Assembly: GCA_032127155.1 (NCBI GenBank)
Contig: JAQAZV010000063.1
Location: 1-63,103, forward strand
DNA: 63,103 bases
From: Acidimicrobiia bacterium
Lineage (GTDB): Bacteria > Actinomycetota > Acidimicrobiia > Spongiisociales > UBA5794
Direction: 5' to 3'
Below the pieces are notes generated by a model. It worked only from the letters and a program-made list of their open reading frames with translations, did not search any database and was not told the origin of the DNA. How positions within the stretch are numbered: the first letter of the stretch is position 1; every line of letters starts with the position of its first letter. A program made the translations under genes and the position numbers. Below, in pieces: positions 17,991 to 28,373 of this stretch.

Positions 17991-19697
17991 TCAGGCGTTG
18001 ATGAGACCGACGAGCGTGTCGTGAACCTCGCTGACGGGAATTTCTCGTGATTCCCCACTCCGCCTCTCGACCACTTCGACGATGCCCGCGGCAAGACCGC
18101 GTGGACCGATGGTGACACGGAAGGGGATGCCGATCAGTTCGGCATCGGTGAATTTCACGCCAGGGCGTTCATCCCTGTCGTCAAGGAGGACGTCGATTCC
18201 GGCCTCCCTGAGCGACTCGTACAGGGCGAGCGAAGCTGTCATTGCTGCTTCATCATCGGGTCTGATCACCGTGATGATGACAGGGAATGGAGCGATCTCC
18301 ATGGGCCAGACGATGCCCTTCTCGTCATGATTCGCCTCGACGGATGCTGCCATGTTCCTCTCGACGCCGATCCCATAGGAACCCATCACCACCGGTGCGG
18401 TGCTGCCATTCCTGTCGAGGACCTTGACCCCAAGCGGCTCGGCGTAGAACGTTCCAAGCTTGAAGATGTGCCCGACCTCGATTGCCTGGAACACAGAAAG
18501 GGTCCCTCCGCATACAGGACATGCCTCACCGTCGGCGACAGTGCGCAGATCCATCCACTCGGTGACAGCGATGTCACGTTCGATATCCACACCACGCAGA
18601 TGGACATCGTTCTCGTTCGCTCCGGTGGTCATCGACCTTCGGTCCTTGAGCTCGTGATCGGCGAGAATGCGAACATCGGCGAGACCGACCGCCCCGAGAC
18701 TCCCAGCGTCCGCTCCGAGCAGGGCAACAATCTCAGCTGGCTGCGCTGGGCGAGCATCGATCCCCCGTGTCTGATCGAGCAATTTCTGCTCCTGGAGGGC
18801 ATGGTCACCCCGCAGAAGTACCAATACCGACTCACCATCGAGGACATACACGAGCGTCTTGATCTGGTGGTCCGCAGCTGCACCCCCGTCGAACACCTCG
18901 AGATCGGCGATCGTCCTGACACCTGGCGTGTCGAACCGCTCGAGATCGGATGAGTCCTCCTCGGGATCGGCGACGGGCGGAAGCACCGACGTCGCGGACT
19001 CGAGGTTCGCCGCGTACGAGCACGAATCACAGCTTGCGACGAGATCCTCGCCGACTTCACTCCTGACCATGAATTCGACGGATTCCTTGCCACCCATGGC
19101 TCCCGAGCTGGCCCTCACGGCAACGACATCCATGCCCAACCGACGGAAGATGCGGTGATACGCATCGAAGTGTCGATCGAATTGGGCATCGAGGCCTGCC
19201 TCATCGATGTCGAAGGAATACGAGTCCTTCATCGTGAACTCCCGAACCCGAAGCAGCCCGGACTTGGGGCGCGGTTCGTCCCTGAACTTCGTCTGGATGT
19301 GGTACCAGAGCTGAGGGAGTTGGCGGTACGACTCGAGCTCCGTCGACACCGTGGCGAAGATCTCTTCGTGCGTCGGACCAAGCACGATCGGTGATCCCTT
19401 GTTGTCGTCGAACGCCATGATGATGTCTGACATCGTGTCGATGCGTCCGGTCCGTTCCCATATCTCGCGGGGATGGAGCTGTGGAAGCATGAACTCCTGG
19501 CCACCGATGGCATTCATCTCCTCGCGGATGATCGCCATCACGTTCTCCCTGACCCGCTGTCCCAACGGAAGCATCGAATACACACCCGACATCAGTTGCC
19601 GGATATAGCCGCCGCGGACGAGCAGCTTGTGGCTCACCGCCTCCGAATCGGCGGGGTCGTCCCGAAGGGTTGGGATGAATGCTTGTGACCAGCGCAC
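17991..19697 (-). CDS. proS: Proline--tRNA ligase
   Basis: 568 aa, bacterial type with an insertion (editing) domain and class II motifs. Confidence 0.95.
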   Translation of the reverse strand: MRWSQAFIPTLRDDPADSEAVSHKLLVRGGYIRQLMSGVYSMLPLGQRVRENVMAIIREEMNAIGGQEFMLPQLHPREIWERTGRIDTMSDIIMAFDDNKGSPIVLGPTHEEIFATVSTELESYRQLPQLWYHIQTKFRDEPRPKSGLLRVREFTMKDSYSFDIDEAGLDAQFDRHFDAYHRIFRRLGMDVVAVRASSGAMGGKESVEFMVRSEVGEDLVASCDSCSYAANLESATSVLPPVADPEEDSSDLERFDTPGVRTIADLEVFDGGAAADHQIKTLVYVLDGESVLVLLRGDHALQEQKLLDQTRGIDARPAQPAEIVALLGADAGSLGAVGLADVRILADHELKDRRSMTTGANENDVHLRGVDIERDIAVTEWMDLRTVADGEACPVCGGTLSVFQAIEVGHIFKLGTFYAEPLGVKVLDRNGSTAPVVMGSYGIGVERNMAASVEANHDEKGIVWPMEIAPFPVIITVIRPDDEAAMTASLALYESLREAGIDVLLDDRDERPGVKFTDAELIGIPFRVTIGPRGLAAGIVEVVERRSGESREIPVSEVHDTLVGLINA

Positions 19698-19743
19698 GGT
19701 GACTCCAGATCCGTCGGGGCGCGAGCGGCGAGGATAGCCTCGG

Positions 19744-20955
19744 TCAGTCTGACGGGGCCGCTACGTCGGCAACGGCTGCTCGCCGCGCCTCCGTGAGGTT
19801 GACATCGCCCTGGCTCGACAGTAGCTCGACGCGGGTTTCCTCGGCGATGTCAGCTGCGGTGACGTCGCGTGCGGCGATCCGTGCCTCGGCCCCCTGTTCG
19901 GCGAGGAGCAGTGCTTCCTCGATGAGGGCGTCGACCATCTCAGCCTCGGGCACGACACGAACGACCTCACCCTTGATGAACAGATGGCCCCGTCCACGGC
20001 CCGCAGCCAATCCAAGGTCGGCTTCTCGTGCTTCCCCTGGCCCGTTGACGACGCATCCCATGATGGCCACCTGAATCGGGAGGTTGAGGGCGGTGAGCCG
20101 CTCGTTCGCCTCCGATGCCACGCCGATGACGTCGACCTCGGCCCTGCCGCATGATGGACATGCGATGAGGTCGAGGCCGGTCCGATCTCGCAGGCCGAGG
20201 TACTCGAGCAATGCCTTGCCTGCCTTGGCCTCTTCCACAGGGTCAGCCGTCAGCGAAAACCGAATAGTGTCGCCGATTCCCTCATTGAGGAGCGTCGCGA
20301 TCCCCGCAACGGATTTGATCAATCCGCCCGGCGGAGGCCCCGCCTCCGTCACACCGAGGTGGAGGGGGAAATCGGTGGTGTCTGCGAGCAAGCGATAGCT
20401 CTCGACCATCATCGGTACGTTCGAATGCTTGACGGAAATCTTCACATCGTGGAAGTCGACGTCATCGAAGTACTTGACCTCCATCATCGCCGACTCGACG
20501 AGGGCTTCAGGAACGGGGCCGCCGTACTTGTCGAGGAGATCCTTGTCCAGGGACCCTGCGTTCACACCGATGCGGATCGGAATGCCCGCATCCTTCGCAG
20601 CCGCAGCAACGGTCTTGATGTGCGCTTCATTGCGGATGTTCCCAGGGTTCAGCCGAAGCGCCGAGACGCCGGCCTCGATGGCGGCAAGGGCAAGGCGGTA
20701 CTGGAAATGGATGTCGGCGACGATCGGGAGTGGAGACCGCGGCATCATCTCGGCAATGCCCTGCGCAGCCTCAACGGTGTTGCAGGTGACCCTGACGATG
20801 TCTGCTCCCGCTCCGGCAAGTGCATATATCTGGGCCAGGGTTGCGTCAACGTCGTGGGTCTTCGTCGTGGTCATCGACTGGACGGACACAGGTGCGCCGG
20901 CACCGACGGGCACTGAACCGACCATCAACGACCGCGTCTTGCGTCGTTCGATCAT
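19744..20955 (-). CDS. ispG: 4-hydroxy-3-methylbut-2-en-1-yl diphosphate synthase
   Basis: The start trimmed to ATG 20955 (MIERRKTRSLMVGSVPVGAGAPVSVQSMT) gives a canonical GcpE N-terminus. Contains the CPSCGR cluster motif. Confidence 0.95.
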   Translation of the reverse strand: MIERRKTRSLMVGSVPVGAGAPVSVQSMTTTKTHDVDATLAQIYALAGAGADIVRVTCNTVEAAQGIAEMMPRSPLPIVADIHFQYRLALAAIEAGVSALRLNPGNIRNEAHIKTVAAAAKDAGIPIRIGVNAGSLDKDLLDKYGGPVPEALVESAMMEVKYFDDVDFHDVKISVKHSNVPMMVESYRLLADTTDFPLHLGVTEAGPPPGGLIKSVAGIATLLNEGIGDTIRFSLTADPVEEAKAGKALLEYLGLRDRTGLDLIACPSCGRAEVDVIGVASEANERLTALNLPIQVAIMGCVVNGPGEAREADLGLAAGRGRGHLFIKGEVVRVVPEAEMVDALIEEALLLAEQGAEARIAARDVTAADIAEETRVELLSSQGDVNLTEARRAAVADVAAPSD

Positions 20956-21002
20956 GCAGGGAAGGGTACAGGGTGCGCCGCCACATGGCGGTGACTCAAC
21001 CG

Positions 21003-21239
21003 TCACCCCTCGAGGATCGAGCCACCGATCTTCCACACAACGAATGCGATGGCGGCGAAGGCGACCAGGTACAGCGCGATGGTGATCGCAAGCCGTCCGA
21101 TCCGAATCCAGACAGGGTCGAAGTCATAGTGTTCCCTGCCTGCCATCTGCACCATCAGCTCCCGACGGCTCCGCATGTCCGCCTCGAATGCAGCGGGTGA
21201 TCCCACGACCTGTTCGGGTGTGGTTTCGTCATCGATCAT
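21003..21239 (-). CDS. Small tail-anchored membrane protein, unknown function
   Basis: 78 aa. Acidic N-terminus, then a single TM segment (LAITIALYLVAFAAIAFVVW). It fills the rseP-ispG gap. Confidence 0.45.
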   Translation of the reverse strand: MIDDETTPEQVVGSPAAFEADMRSRRELMVQMAGREHYDFDPVWIRIGRLAITIALYLVAFAAIAFVVWKIGGSILEG

Positions 21240-21287
21240 GGATCGACAATAGAGGATGCGATCCCCCGTTGCCCGCGGCGGAGTCGA

Positions 21288-22442
21288 TCAGAGTGGTTTG
21301 AAGATGTCGAGGTAGATCCCGACGAGACCAAGACTGACCAGGAAGAGGAAGACGACCGCGGCAACCGGGACCAACCTCTGGACATTTGGCTCCCGTCCGG
21401 TGACCTTCTCGTAGGTCGCAACAGCGAAGTGACCACCATCCAAGGGATACAAAGGCACGAAGTTGAGTACTCCGACGAAGATGTTGACCAGAGCCAGCAA
21501 CTGGAGGGTCGATTCGATGGGCCCTGCGATCTGGACGAGCCCGATCGGACTGATCGGCCTGACGGTGTCGAGGATCTCGTCATCACCTCCAAACAGGGAA
21601 GCGATCAGCTTCGGAAATCCAATCACCATCTCCCACAATCCACGGACACTCTGAACTGCCGCTTCGGCGAATTGCGAGAGCGCAACCGGAACCATGGCCA
21701 GTGGCCCAACCTGGTCCCTGGCCACCTCCGCCGTCACACCGAAGAACCCCTGTGCCACGATGACGGGTTCCCCGCTGTCGTCGGTGACAACCTCACCGTC
21801 CACGACCAGCGGGCGATCAACCGTTGCAAGGGTGGTAGGAAGGTCGAGGATCTGCCCGTCGCGGTCGACGCCGATGACCACCTGGTCGCCGGGATGGGTC
21901 GATGCGAAATCGGCGAAGTCGTCCCAGGTCACCACTGGCATGCCATCGGTGGACACGATGATGTCCTGCGCTTCGACACCAGCTTCAAGGGCTGGCGACG
22001 GATCCGTTGTGTTCGGCGTGTACTCCGACACGGCAGCGACCGTCGCGGTCCGGATCGCGTCCCCGTTCGCATCCCTCGCCACGGGTCCCCAGACCACGCC
22101 AACGATCCACAGAAGCAGGAACGCGACGATGAAGTGGCTCATGATGCCTGCCAGGACAACCACCGTCTTCTTCCCGTACGAGGCATTCCGGTAAGTACGC
22201 CCCTCTTCCTCCGGGGACACCTCCTCGAAGGGGTTCATGCCGATGATGCGGACATACCCGCCAAAGGGAATGGCCTTGATTCCGTATTCCGTTTCACCGC
22301 GACGCATCGACCACAGTCGCGGCCCGAAACCGAAGAACGCCTCGGTTGCCTTCATGCCGTAGTACTTGGCCGCGACGAAGTGACCACCCTCGTGGATAAC
22401 GATCATCAGGATGACCCCGACGATCATGATGAAGGCACCCAA
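21288..22442 (-). CDS. rseP: Site-2 (M50) RIP metalloprotease RseP/Rip1
   Basis: HEGGHF zinc motif, a PDZ-like middle region and multiple TM segments. Confidence 0.92.
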   Translation of the reverse strand: MGAFIMIVGVILMIVIHEGGHFVAAKYYGMKATEAFFGFGPRLWSMRRGETEYGIKAIPFGGYVRIIGMNPFEEVSPEEEGRTYRNASYGKKTVVVLAGIMSHFIVAFLLLWIVGVVWGPVARDANGDAIRTATVAAVSEYTPNTTDPSPALEAGVEAQDIIVSTDGMPVVTWDDFADFASTHPGDQVVIGVDRDGQILDLPTTLATVDRPLVVDGEVVTDDSGEPVIVAQGFFGVTAEVARDQVGPLAMVPVALSQFAEAAVQSVRGLWEMVIGFPKLIASLFGGDDEILDTVRPISPIGLVQIAGPIESTLQLLALVNIFVGVLNFVPLYPLDGGHFAVATYEKVTGREPNVQRLVPVAAVVFLFLVSLGLVGIYLDIFKPL

Positions 22443-22495
22443 GCCGACTCACCTCGTCCGATTGCTGGAGGAAAGGTACCGATGGGGGTCGGTAA

Positions 22496-23668
22496 TCACA
22501 CGCGGTACTGATCGACGGCGGCTCCTGCGTGCATCCTTGCGTCGGCATCGACCGACTCGATGTCCCCGACCGATGTGGGCGGATATGCGTCGTGGCCGGA
22601 TAGGACGTCCTCGACGACGGCGGCGATGGACGGAAAGGCGATCGCGCCCTGGAGGAACGCCGCAACCGCTACTTCGTCCGCCGCATTGAGCACAGCGGTG
22701 GCTGTGCCCCCAACCCTTCCAGCCTCGTAGCCGAGAGACAGGCACGGGAAGGTCGAGTCATCCGGCTCCTCGAACGTCAGGGCAAGGCCCGCAGGTGAGA
22801 ATGCACCGGTGCGCGTCGCCAGTCGCTCTGGGCTGGTGATCGCATACTGGATCGGTTTTCGCATGTCAGGGAAGCCGACCTCAGCCTTCACAACGCCGTC
22901 AACGTACTCCACGAAGCTGTGAACGATGCTCTGGGGGTGTACGACGACGTCGATGGAGTCGTACGACATATCGAACAGGTAGTGCGCCTCGATGACCTCG
23001 AAGGCCTTGTTCATCAACGTCGCCGAGTCGATCGTGATACGCCGACCCATCTCCCATGTTGGATGTTCGAGGGCCTGCTCGACCGTGACCGATCCGAGGT
23101 CCTCGACGCTCCATCCCCGGAACGGACCGCCCGACGCAGTCAGGATCAGCCTCGCAATCGACGCGCGATCCTCACCGACGATCGACTGCCAGATCGCAGA
23201 GTGCTCCGAATCGATCGGGACCAGCTCGCCACCACCGTCGTCGAGCGCCGAACGAATCAGTGGTCCGCCTGCAACGAGGCTCTCCTTGTTTGCGAGTGCC
23301 AGACGATTGCCCGCATACAGCGCCGCAAGAGACGGGGAGAGGCCTGCCGCACCGACAATGCCGTTCACGACGGTGACACCGCGCATGGCTGCGACCTCCG
23401 TCACCGCACCGGCGCCAAAGTGGAGCCGATCACCGAACGCAGCGGTGAACTCGTTCCCGAGATCGCCACGCTCCACCACGCACACCATTGCATCCGGTAA
23501 CGCCGAGGCGATGCTCAGCAGCTGACGGGATGCGGTTCGTGCGGCGACGGCGGCAACAGGAGCGCCGATGCGGTTGGCGACCTCGAGGGTTTGGCGCCCG
23601 ATCGAGCCGGTCGCGCCGAGAACAACGAGGGGATTCAGAGCAATCCCGCCCAGACGAAGATCGCCCAC
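22496..23668 (-). CDS. dxr: 1-deoxy-D-xylulose-5-phosphate reductoisomerase
   Basis: LGATGSIG NADPH-binding motif. 390 aa with a GTG start that overlaps the cdsA 3' end by 34 nt. Confidence 0.95.
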   Translation of the reverse strand: MGDLRLGGIALNPLVVLGATGSIGRQTLEVANRIGAPVAAVAARTASRQLLSIASALPDAMVCVVERGDLGNEFTAAFGDRLHFGAGAVTEVAAMRGVTVVNGIVGAAGLSPSLAALYAGNRLALANKESLVAGGPLIRSALDDGGGELVPIDSEHSAIWQSIVGEDRASIARLILTASGGPFRGWSVEDLGSVTVEQALEHPTWEMGRRITIDSATLMNKAFEVIEAHYLFDMSYDSIDVVVHPQSIVHSFVEYVDGVVKAEVGFPDMRKPIQYAITSPERLATRTGAFSPAGLALTFEEPDDSTFPCLSLGYEAGRVGGTATAVLNAADEVAVAAFLQGAIAFPSIAAVVEDVLSGHDAYPPTSVGDIESVDADARMHAGAAVDQYRV

Positions 23669-25506
23669 GCCGCGGGAATCACGAAGATGAGCCCGTCGAT
23701 GCGGTCGAGGAAGCCGCCATGGCCCGGCAGGATCGATCCCATGTCCTTGAGGCCGAGCGATCGCTTTGCCGCGGACATCGCGAGGTCACCCAGCGGAACG
23801 AGCACGGCGGTGGCGGCCCCGATCGCAAGACCCGAGGTCAGCTCGAATGGCGGGAAGAAGTGCAGAAGGGCACCAATCGTCAGTGCCACGATCACGCCAC
23901 CCACAAGGCCCTCGATCGTTTTCTTCGGCGACACCCACGGGGACAGCTGGTGCCTGCCGAGCGCCCGTCCAACGAAATACTGGGCGATGTCCATCGCTGC
24001 GACGGCGAAGACGACACCAACGACAAGGGTCCGGTAGTCGTCCGACACTGCAATGAGCATGGCGTAGGCGCCGAGGCCGACCCAGGCCATCACCGAGACG
24101 GTCAGGGCGAGGTTCGCCATCGGCTCGACCTTGCCAGGTACGACCGCATAGAACAGGAGCAGGAGCGTTGCCACGAGGAAGAAGCTCATCGGGATGGCGA
24201 TGGCACCCCAGGCATACGCGCCCAACGTTGCACCCACGATGCCGACGAAACCGAACAGCGCAATCGGATGTCTGCCGGACCGCCTGAGCGCTGTGTAGAA
24301 CTCTCCTGCACCAATGATGAAGACGGCGAGGGCGAGCGCCACGAGCGCTGGGCGCCAGACGAGCGATGCTGCAAGTGCAGCGATCAGGACGATGGCCGTG
24401 ATCACCCTTGCGAGGAGGTCTCCGGAACCGCGTGCCCGAACCCGCCCATGCCCCTCTGCTGCCACGACGTCATCGAACCCCACGACGCTCGACTCCAGAC
24501 CAGCCATCGGGGCGGTCAACGCCACCTGTTCCGTGTCCTCTGCATCCGCTTCTGCGATTGCTGCAGCGAGACCGGCATGATCCCGCGTTGCTGCCGCTCC
24601 GTGGTAGCCCTCCTGGGTGAGGTCGAAGATCCCGTCTGACGGCCCTGGGGACGAGTCCGACTCCTGGTCTGCACCGTCCGCGAATCGATCGAGGCTCTCC
24701 TCACCAGCCACTTCCTCGACTGACTCTGGAGCCTCAGGCCCTGGGAACTCAATGACCTCGAGCTCACCCGTGTCATCCGGTTCGTCCGCGAAGGCATCCA
24801 TGGCCATCGGCGCGGTGCCCTCCGGGGAGTCGGACGCATCGTCCGCTGCGTCGAGCTCACCGGTATCGACGACGACCGCAGACTCATCGACCATGTCTGC
24901 GTCGTTGAGATCATTGTGCATGACCGAGGCAGCCACGACGTCAGCGCCTGCGACGATCGGTATCTCGTCGGTGTCAGCTCGCGCGCCGCTGTCGAACTCG
25001 TCGAGGTCAACAGTGGTCGCAGGAACCGCATCCGCCTCGCGTGGCTTGATGATCGGGATCCGCTCCACCTCGTCGAGGTCGACAGTCATTGCCGAAGCCG
25101 CATCTGCCTCCGGTGGCTTGATGATCGGGATCCGCTCCACCTTGTCGAGGTTGTCCGCATCCGAGTCGGCAAACGGTGGGGCCTCGCTCGCGCTCACGTC
25201 GTGGTCGTTCCCGTCGGAGGTGCCGACCGAGGGAGGGACCGGGGCAATCTCGATCTCCTCGGTTGCGTCGTCTTCTCCTGGCGTCGCGGTGATGTCGACA
25301 ACGACAACCTCTTCGTCCTGCGGGGTGGCTGCGGGCGATGCAGCGTCAGTGTCTTCCCCCTCACCCGATGTGAAGGCCATCCAGTCGGCGATCTCGGATT
25401 CGGCGTCGTCAGCTTCGTCGGCGAGGGCCGCGTAGGGGTCTGTGACGGGACCCGGCTCTTCCTCGAGCCAGTCGTCGAAACCGCCCTGTGCGTCGTCGTC
25501 AGCCAT
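23635..25506 (-). CDS. cdsA: Phosphatidate cytidylyltransferase with a roughly 340-aa acidic repeat-containing N-terminal extension
   Basis: The C-terminal 280 aa or so form a canonical CdsA TM domain (...KRSLGLKDMGSILPGHGGFLDRIDG). The N-terminal part is a single continuous frame rich in Asp/Glu/Ala. Confidence 0.9.
   Translation of the reverse strand: MADDDAQGGFDDWLEEEPGPVTDPYAALADEADDAESEIADWMAFTSGEGEDTDAASPAATPQDEEVVVVDITATPGEDDATEEIEIAPVPPSVGTSDGNDHDVSASEAPPFADSDADNLDKVERIPIIKPPEADAASAMTVDLDEVERIPIIKPREADAVPATTVDLDEFDSGARADTDEIPIVAGADVVAASVMHNDLNDADMVDESAVVVDTGELDAADDASDSPEGTAPMAMDAFADEPDDTGELEVIEFPGPEAPESVEEVAGEESLDRFADGADQESDSSPGPSDGIFDLTQEGYHGAAATRDHAGLAAAIAEADAEDTEQVALTAPMAGLESSVVGFDDVVAAEGHGRVRARGSGDLLARVITAIVLIAALAASLVWRPALVALALAVFIIGAGEFYTALRRSGRHPIALFGFVGIVGATLGAYAWGAIAIPMSFFLVATLLLLFYAVVPGKVEPMANLALTVSVMAWVGLGAYAMLIAVSDDYRTLVVGVVFAVAAMDIAQYFVGRALGRHQLSPWVSPKKTIEGLVGGVIVALTIGALLHFFPPFELTSGLAIGAATAVLVPLGDLAMSAAKRSLGLKDMGSILPGHGGFLDRIDGLIFVIPAAWAIFVWAGLL
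25009..25152 (-). repeat. 2 x 72-bp tandem repeat inside the cdsA 5' region
   Basis: Units 25009..25080 and 25081..25152 share a 39-nt core (GTGGCTTGATGATCGGGATCCGCTCCACCT[C/T]GTCGAGGT). They encode the 24-aa repeat DLDEVERIPIIKP(R/P)EADA...TV. Confidence 0.85.
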
Positions 25507-25558
25507 GTTCCCTGCACGCTAACCGAAAGTCTGTCGCCGACTTGTCTCAGAAGAGGCG

Positions 25559-26104
25559 TCAGACTTCGAGAAGCTCTTCTTCCTTGCGGGCGAGTGCGTC
25601 GTCGATCGCCGCGATATGGCGATCCGTGAGCTCCTGGAGCTCCTTCTCCGCGCGATGAATGTCGTCCTCGGACACGTCCTCGGCTTCGATGGCGTCCTTG
25701 GCGTGGCGTCGAACGTTGCGCACCGCTATGCGGCCGTCCTCAGCGAGTCGATGCACGAACTTGATCATCTCCTTGCGACGCTCCTCCGTGAGCGACGGGA
25801 AGGCCAGCCTGATGATGTTGCCGTCGTTCGAGGGATTCAGCCCAAGGTCCGACGAGGTGATGGCCCGCTCGATTGCCGGAATCGCCGACTTGTCGTACGG
25901 CTGAACGACCAGCATCCGTGCCTCGGGGACCGAGAAGTTCGCAAGCTGCTGGAGCGGGGTCTGTGTGCCGTAGTAGTCGACGTTCACCCTGCTGAGAAGG
26001 CCTGGATTCGCCCTCCCGGTCCGCACGTTGCCGAATTCGTGGATGGCGTGCGATACCGCCTGATCCATCTTCTCCTGCGCTTCTTCGAGTTGTTCCTTGA
26101 TCAC
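25559..26104 (-). CDS. frr: Ribosome recycling factor
   Basis: 181 aa from GTG 26104, which forms a GTGA overlap with the pyrH stop. N-terminus [17 protein letters not shown]...[10 protein letters not shown]. Confidence 0.95.
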   Translation of the reverse strand: MIKEQLEEAQEKMDQAVSHAIHEFGNVRTGRANPGLLSRVNVDYYGTQTPLQQLANFSVPEARMLVVQPYDKSAIPAIERAITSSDLGLNPSNDGNIIRLAFPSLTEERRKEMIKFVHRLAEDGRIAVRNVRRHAKDAIEAEDVSEDDIHRAEKELQELTDRHIAAIDDALARKEEELLEV

Positions 26105-26823
26105 ACGGTCCTCCCGGCGTCCACGACCGTGCCGACGGGTTCCCCTCGAACCGCACGGGCGATGTTGCCGGGGACGGTCATGTTGAACACCCTGATCGGG
26201 AGGTCGTTCTCCATGCACATCGTAATCGCCGTTGCATCCATCACACCCAGTTGCTCAGCGATCGCATGCATGTAGTCGAGCTCGGAGAGCAACTCAGCCT
26301 CCGGATGCAAGGTCGGGTCCGCGGTGTAGATCCCGTCGACCTTCGTCGCCTTCAGAACGGCGTCGGCACCGATCTCCGCCCCGCGTAGAGCGGCCGTGGT
26401 GTCGGTTGTGAAGAAGGGATTGCCCGTACCCGCAGCGAAGATCACGACCCTCCCCTTCTCGAGGTGTCGGATGGCCCTGAGCCTGATGTAGGGCTCCGCC
26501 ACCTCCTGGATGGTCAACGCCGTTTGAACCCTGCATTCGGCGCCCGCACGTTCGAGGGCATCCCTCAAGGCAAGGGCGTTGATCACCGTCGCCAGCATGC
26601 CCATGTAGTCAGCGTTGGCCCTCTCCATGCCAGACGCCGCCTGGGAGAGGCCACGGAAGATGTTTCCCCCGCCAACGACGACGGCGATCTCATATCCCTC
26701 AGCGGACACGGTCGCGATCTCGGTAGCCGTCTGCTCGATGGTGAGCGGATCGATCCCATACCCGAGTTCGGGGTCGGCAAACGCCTCCCCGGAGAGTTTC
26801 AGCACGACCCGACGGTTCGCCAT
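26101..26823 (-). CDS. pyrH: UMP kinase
   Basis: Starts at ATG 26823 ([15 protein letters not shown]) and has a typical amino-acid-kinase fold. Confidence 0.95.
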   Translation of the reverse strand: MANRRVVLKLSGEAFADPELGYGIDPLTIEQTATEIATVSAEGYEIAVVVGGGNIFRGLSQAASGMERANADYMGMLATVINALALRDALERAGAECRVQTALTIQEVAEPYIRLRAIRHLEKGRVVIFAAGTGNPFFTTDTTAALRGAEIGADAVLKATKVDGIYTADPTLHPEAELLSELDYMHAIAEQLGVMDATAITMCMENDLPIRVFNMTVPGNIARAVRGEPVGTVVDAGRTV

Positions 26824-26827
26824 TCGA

Positions 26828-27442
26828 TCAGTTCTCCCCGATCTCGACCCGTGCCATCGACACGATCGAGATGTTCTCACCCATCTTCACAGCCAGCTGC
26901 TGCACCATCTCGCCGACAGTTCCCTCGAACCGATCGGTTCGAACGAAGGGTTGATCGAGCAGTACGTTGTCCTTGTAGAAGGAACCGATTCTACCTTCGA
27001 CGACCTTGTCGACGATCTCCTCGGGCTTTCCCTCGTTGCGCGCCTGCGCTGCAATGAGCTCTCGCTCCTTTGCCACCACCTCTTCGGGAACGTCCTCGCG
27101 CCGAATCCAAAACGGTCGGGCTGCGGCAGCATGCATCGCGACATCGTTCGCCGTGGCAAGGAACTCCTCGCTCTTCGCGACGAAGTCCGTCTCGGAACCA
27201 AGGCCGATGAGCACGCCGATCACAGGACGTCCGGCCTGGCTGTGCATGTACACGCCAACGGCTCCCTCGGCCTGCTCCCGGTCAGCCCTCTTCGCGGCAG
27301 CGGCGAGACCCTTCTCGCGGAGGTAGTCCTTTGCCTTGCCCATGTCCCCACCGGTCTCGGTGAGAGCCTTCTTGGCATCCATCATCCCGGCGCCGGTCGA
27401 CTGGCGAAGCGCTTGTACATCCTGAGCGGTGAAATCGGCCAC
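26828..27442 (-). CDS. tsf: Elongation factor Ts (short, roughly 200-aa form)
   Basis: GTG 27442 is preceded by GAAGGAG. The UBA-like N-terminus reads [16 protein letters not shown]. At 204 aa it resembles the Thermus-type short EF-Ts. Confidence 0.9.
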   Translation of the reverse strand: MADFTAQDVQALRQSTGAGMMDAKKALTETGGDMGKAKDYLREKGLAAAAKRADREQAEGAVGVYMHSQAGRPVIGVLIGLGSETDFVAKSEEFLATANDVAMHAAAARPFWIRREDVPEEVVAKERELIAAQARNEGKPEEIVDKVVEGRIGSFYKDNVLLDQPFVRTDRFEGTVGEMVQQLAVKMGENISIVSMARVEIGEN

Positions 27443-27446
27443 AGTC

Positions 27447-28187
27447 CTACTCCTTCGTGGTCGCACCGGCATTGGCCGGAGCGACATCCTTGCGCTTGGC
27501 GGTTGCAATCTCGCGTCCAGCGATGCAGCCGTCGGCGACAGCGCCAGCGATGAGCTGCGCTGCACGGATCGCGTCATCGTTTCCAGGGATGACGAGATCG
27601 ACGACATCCGGATCACAGTTCGTGTCGACGAGCGCTATCACCGGGATATGGAGGCGGTTCGCCTCCGTGACGGCGATGTGCTCAGCGTTGACATCGACGA
27701 TGAAGACGGCGTCAGGTGCCTTGCGAAGGTCACGTACACCGCCGAGCACAGCTTGGAGCTTGCCGAGTTCCTTGCGGAGGCGGAGGCGCTCCTTCTTTGG
27801 CAGCGAGTCCATCTCACCGCTCGTTTCCATCTGCTCGAGCTCGAGCATGTAGAGGATCCGCTTGTGGATCGTCTGGAAGTTCGTCATCATTCCGCCGAGC
27901 CAGCGATGGTTCACATACGGCATGCCCGAACGCTTCGCAGCCTCCTCGATGGCACCCTGGGCCTGCTTCTTCGTTCCGACGAAGAGCACCATGCCTCCCG
28001 ACGCGGCGATATCGCGCGCCATGACATAGGCCGCCTCGGACGCGGCGAGCGTCTGGCGGAGGTCGAGGATGTGGATCCCGTTGCGTTCCGAGAAGATGAA
28101 CGGACGCATCTTCGGATTCCAGCGGGCGGTCTGATGCCCAAAGTGCACGCCTGCTTCAAGCAGCTCGCGCATGGATACGGCAGCCAT
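27447..28187 (-). CDS. rpsB: 30S ribosomal protein S2
   Basis: 246 aa ([22 protein letters not shown]...). Confidence 0.97.
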   Translation of the reverse strand: MAAVSMRELLEAGVHFGHQTARWNPKMRPFIFSERNGIHILDLRQTLAASEAAYVMARDIAASGGMVLFVGTKKQAQGAIEEAAKRSGMPYVNHRWLGGMMTNFQTIHKRILYMLELEQMETSGEMDSLPKKERLRLRKELGKLQAVLGGVRDLRKAPDAVFIVDVNAEHIAVTEANRLHIPVIALVDTNCDPDVVDLVIPGNDDAIRAAQLIAGAVADGCIAGREIATAKRKDVAPANAGATTKE

Positions 28188-28373
28188 GATGGTTTCTCCT
28201 TGTTCGGGTTGAGCTTCCGACAGGCCTTCGAGCCCCCAAACGCCCCGAAGGACGCACCACGTGGGGATTGCACCTGACGTGTGTGATTGGACGGAAGTGT
28301 AGGGGGAGGCGGAAGTTGTCCGCCCATCGTCACGTCACCTGCGAGCCCTAGCCCTCTTCCGGAACGACGTCCG

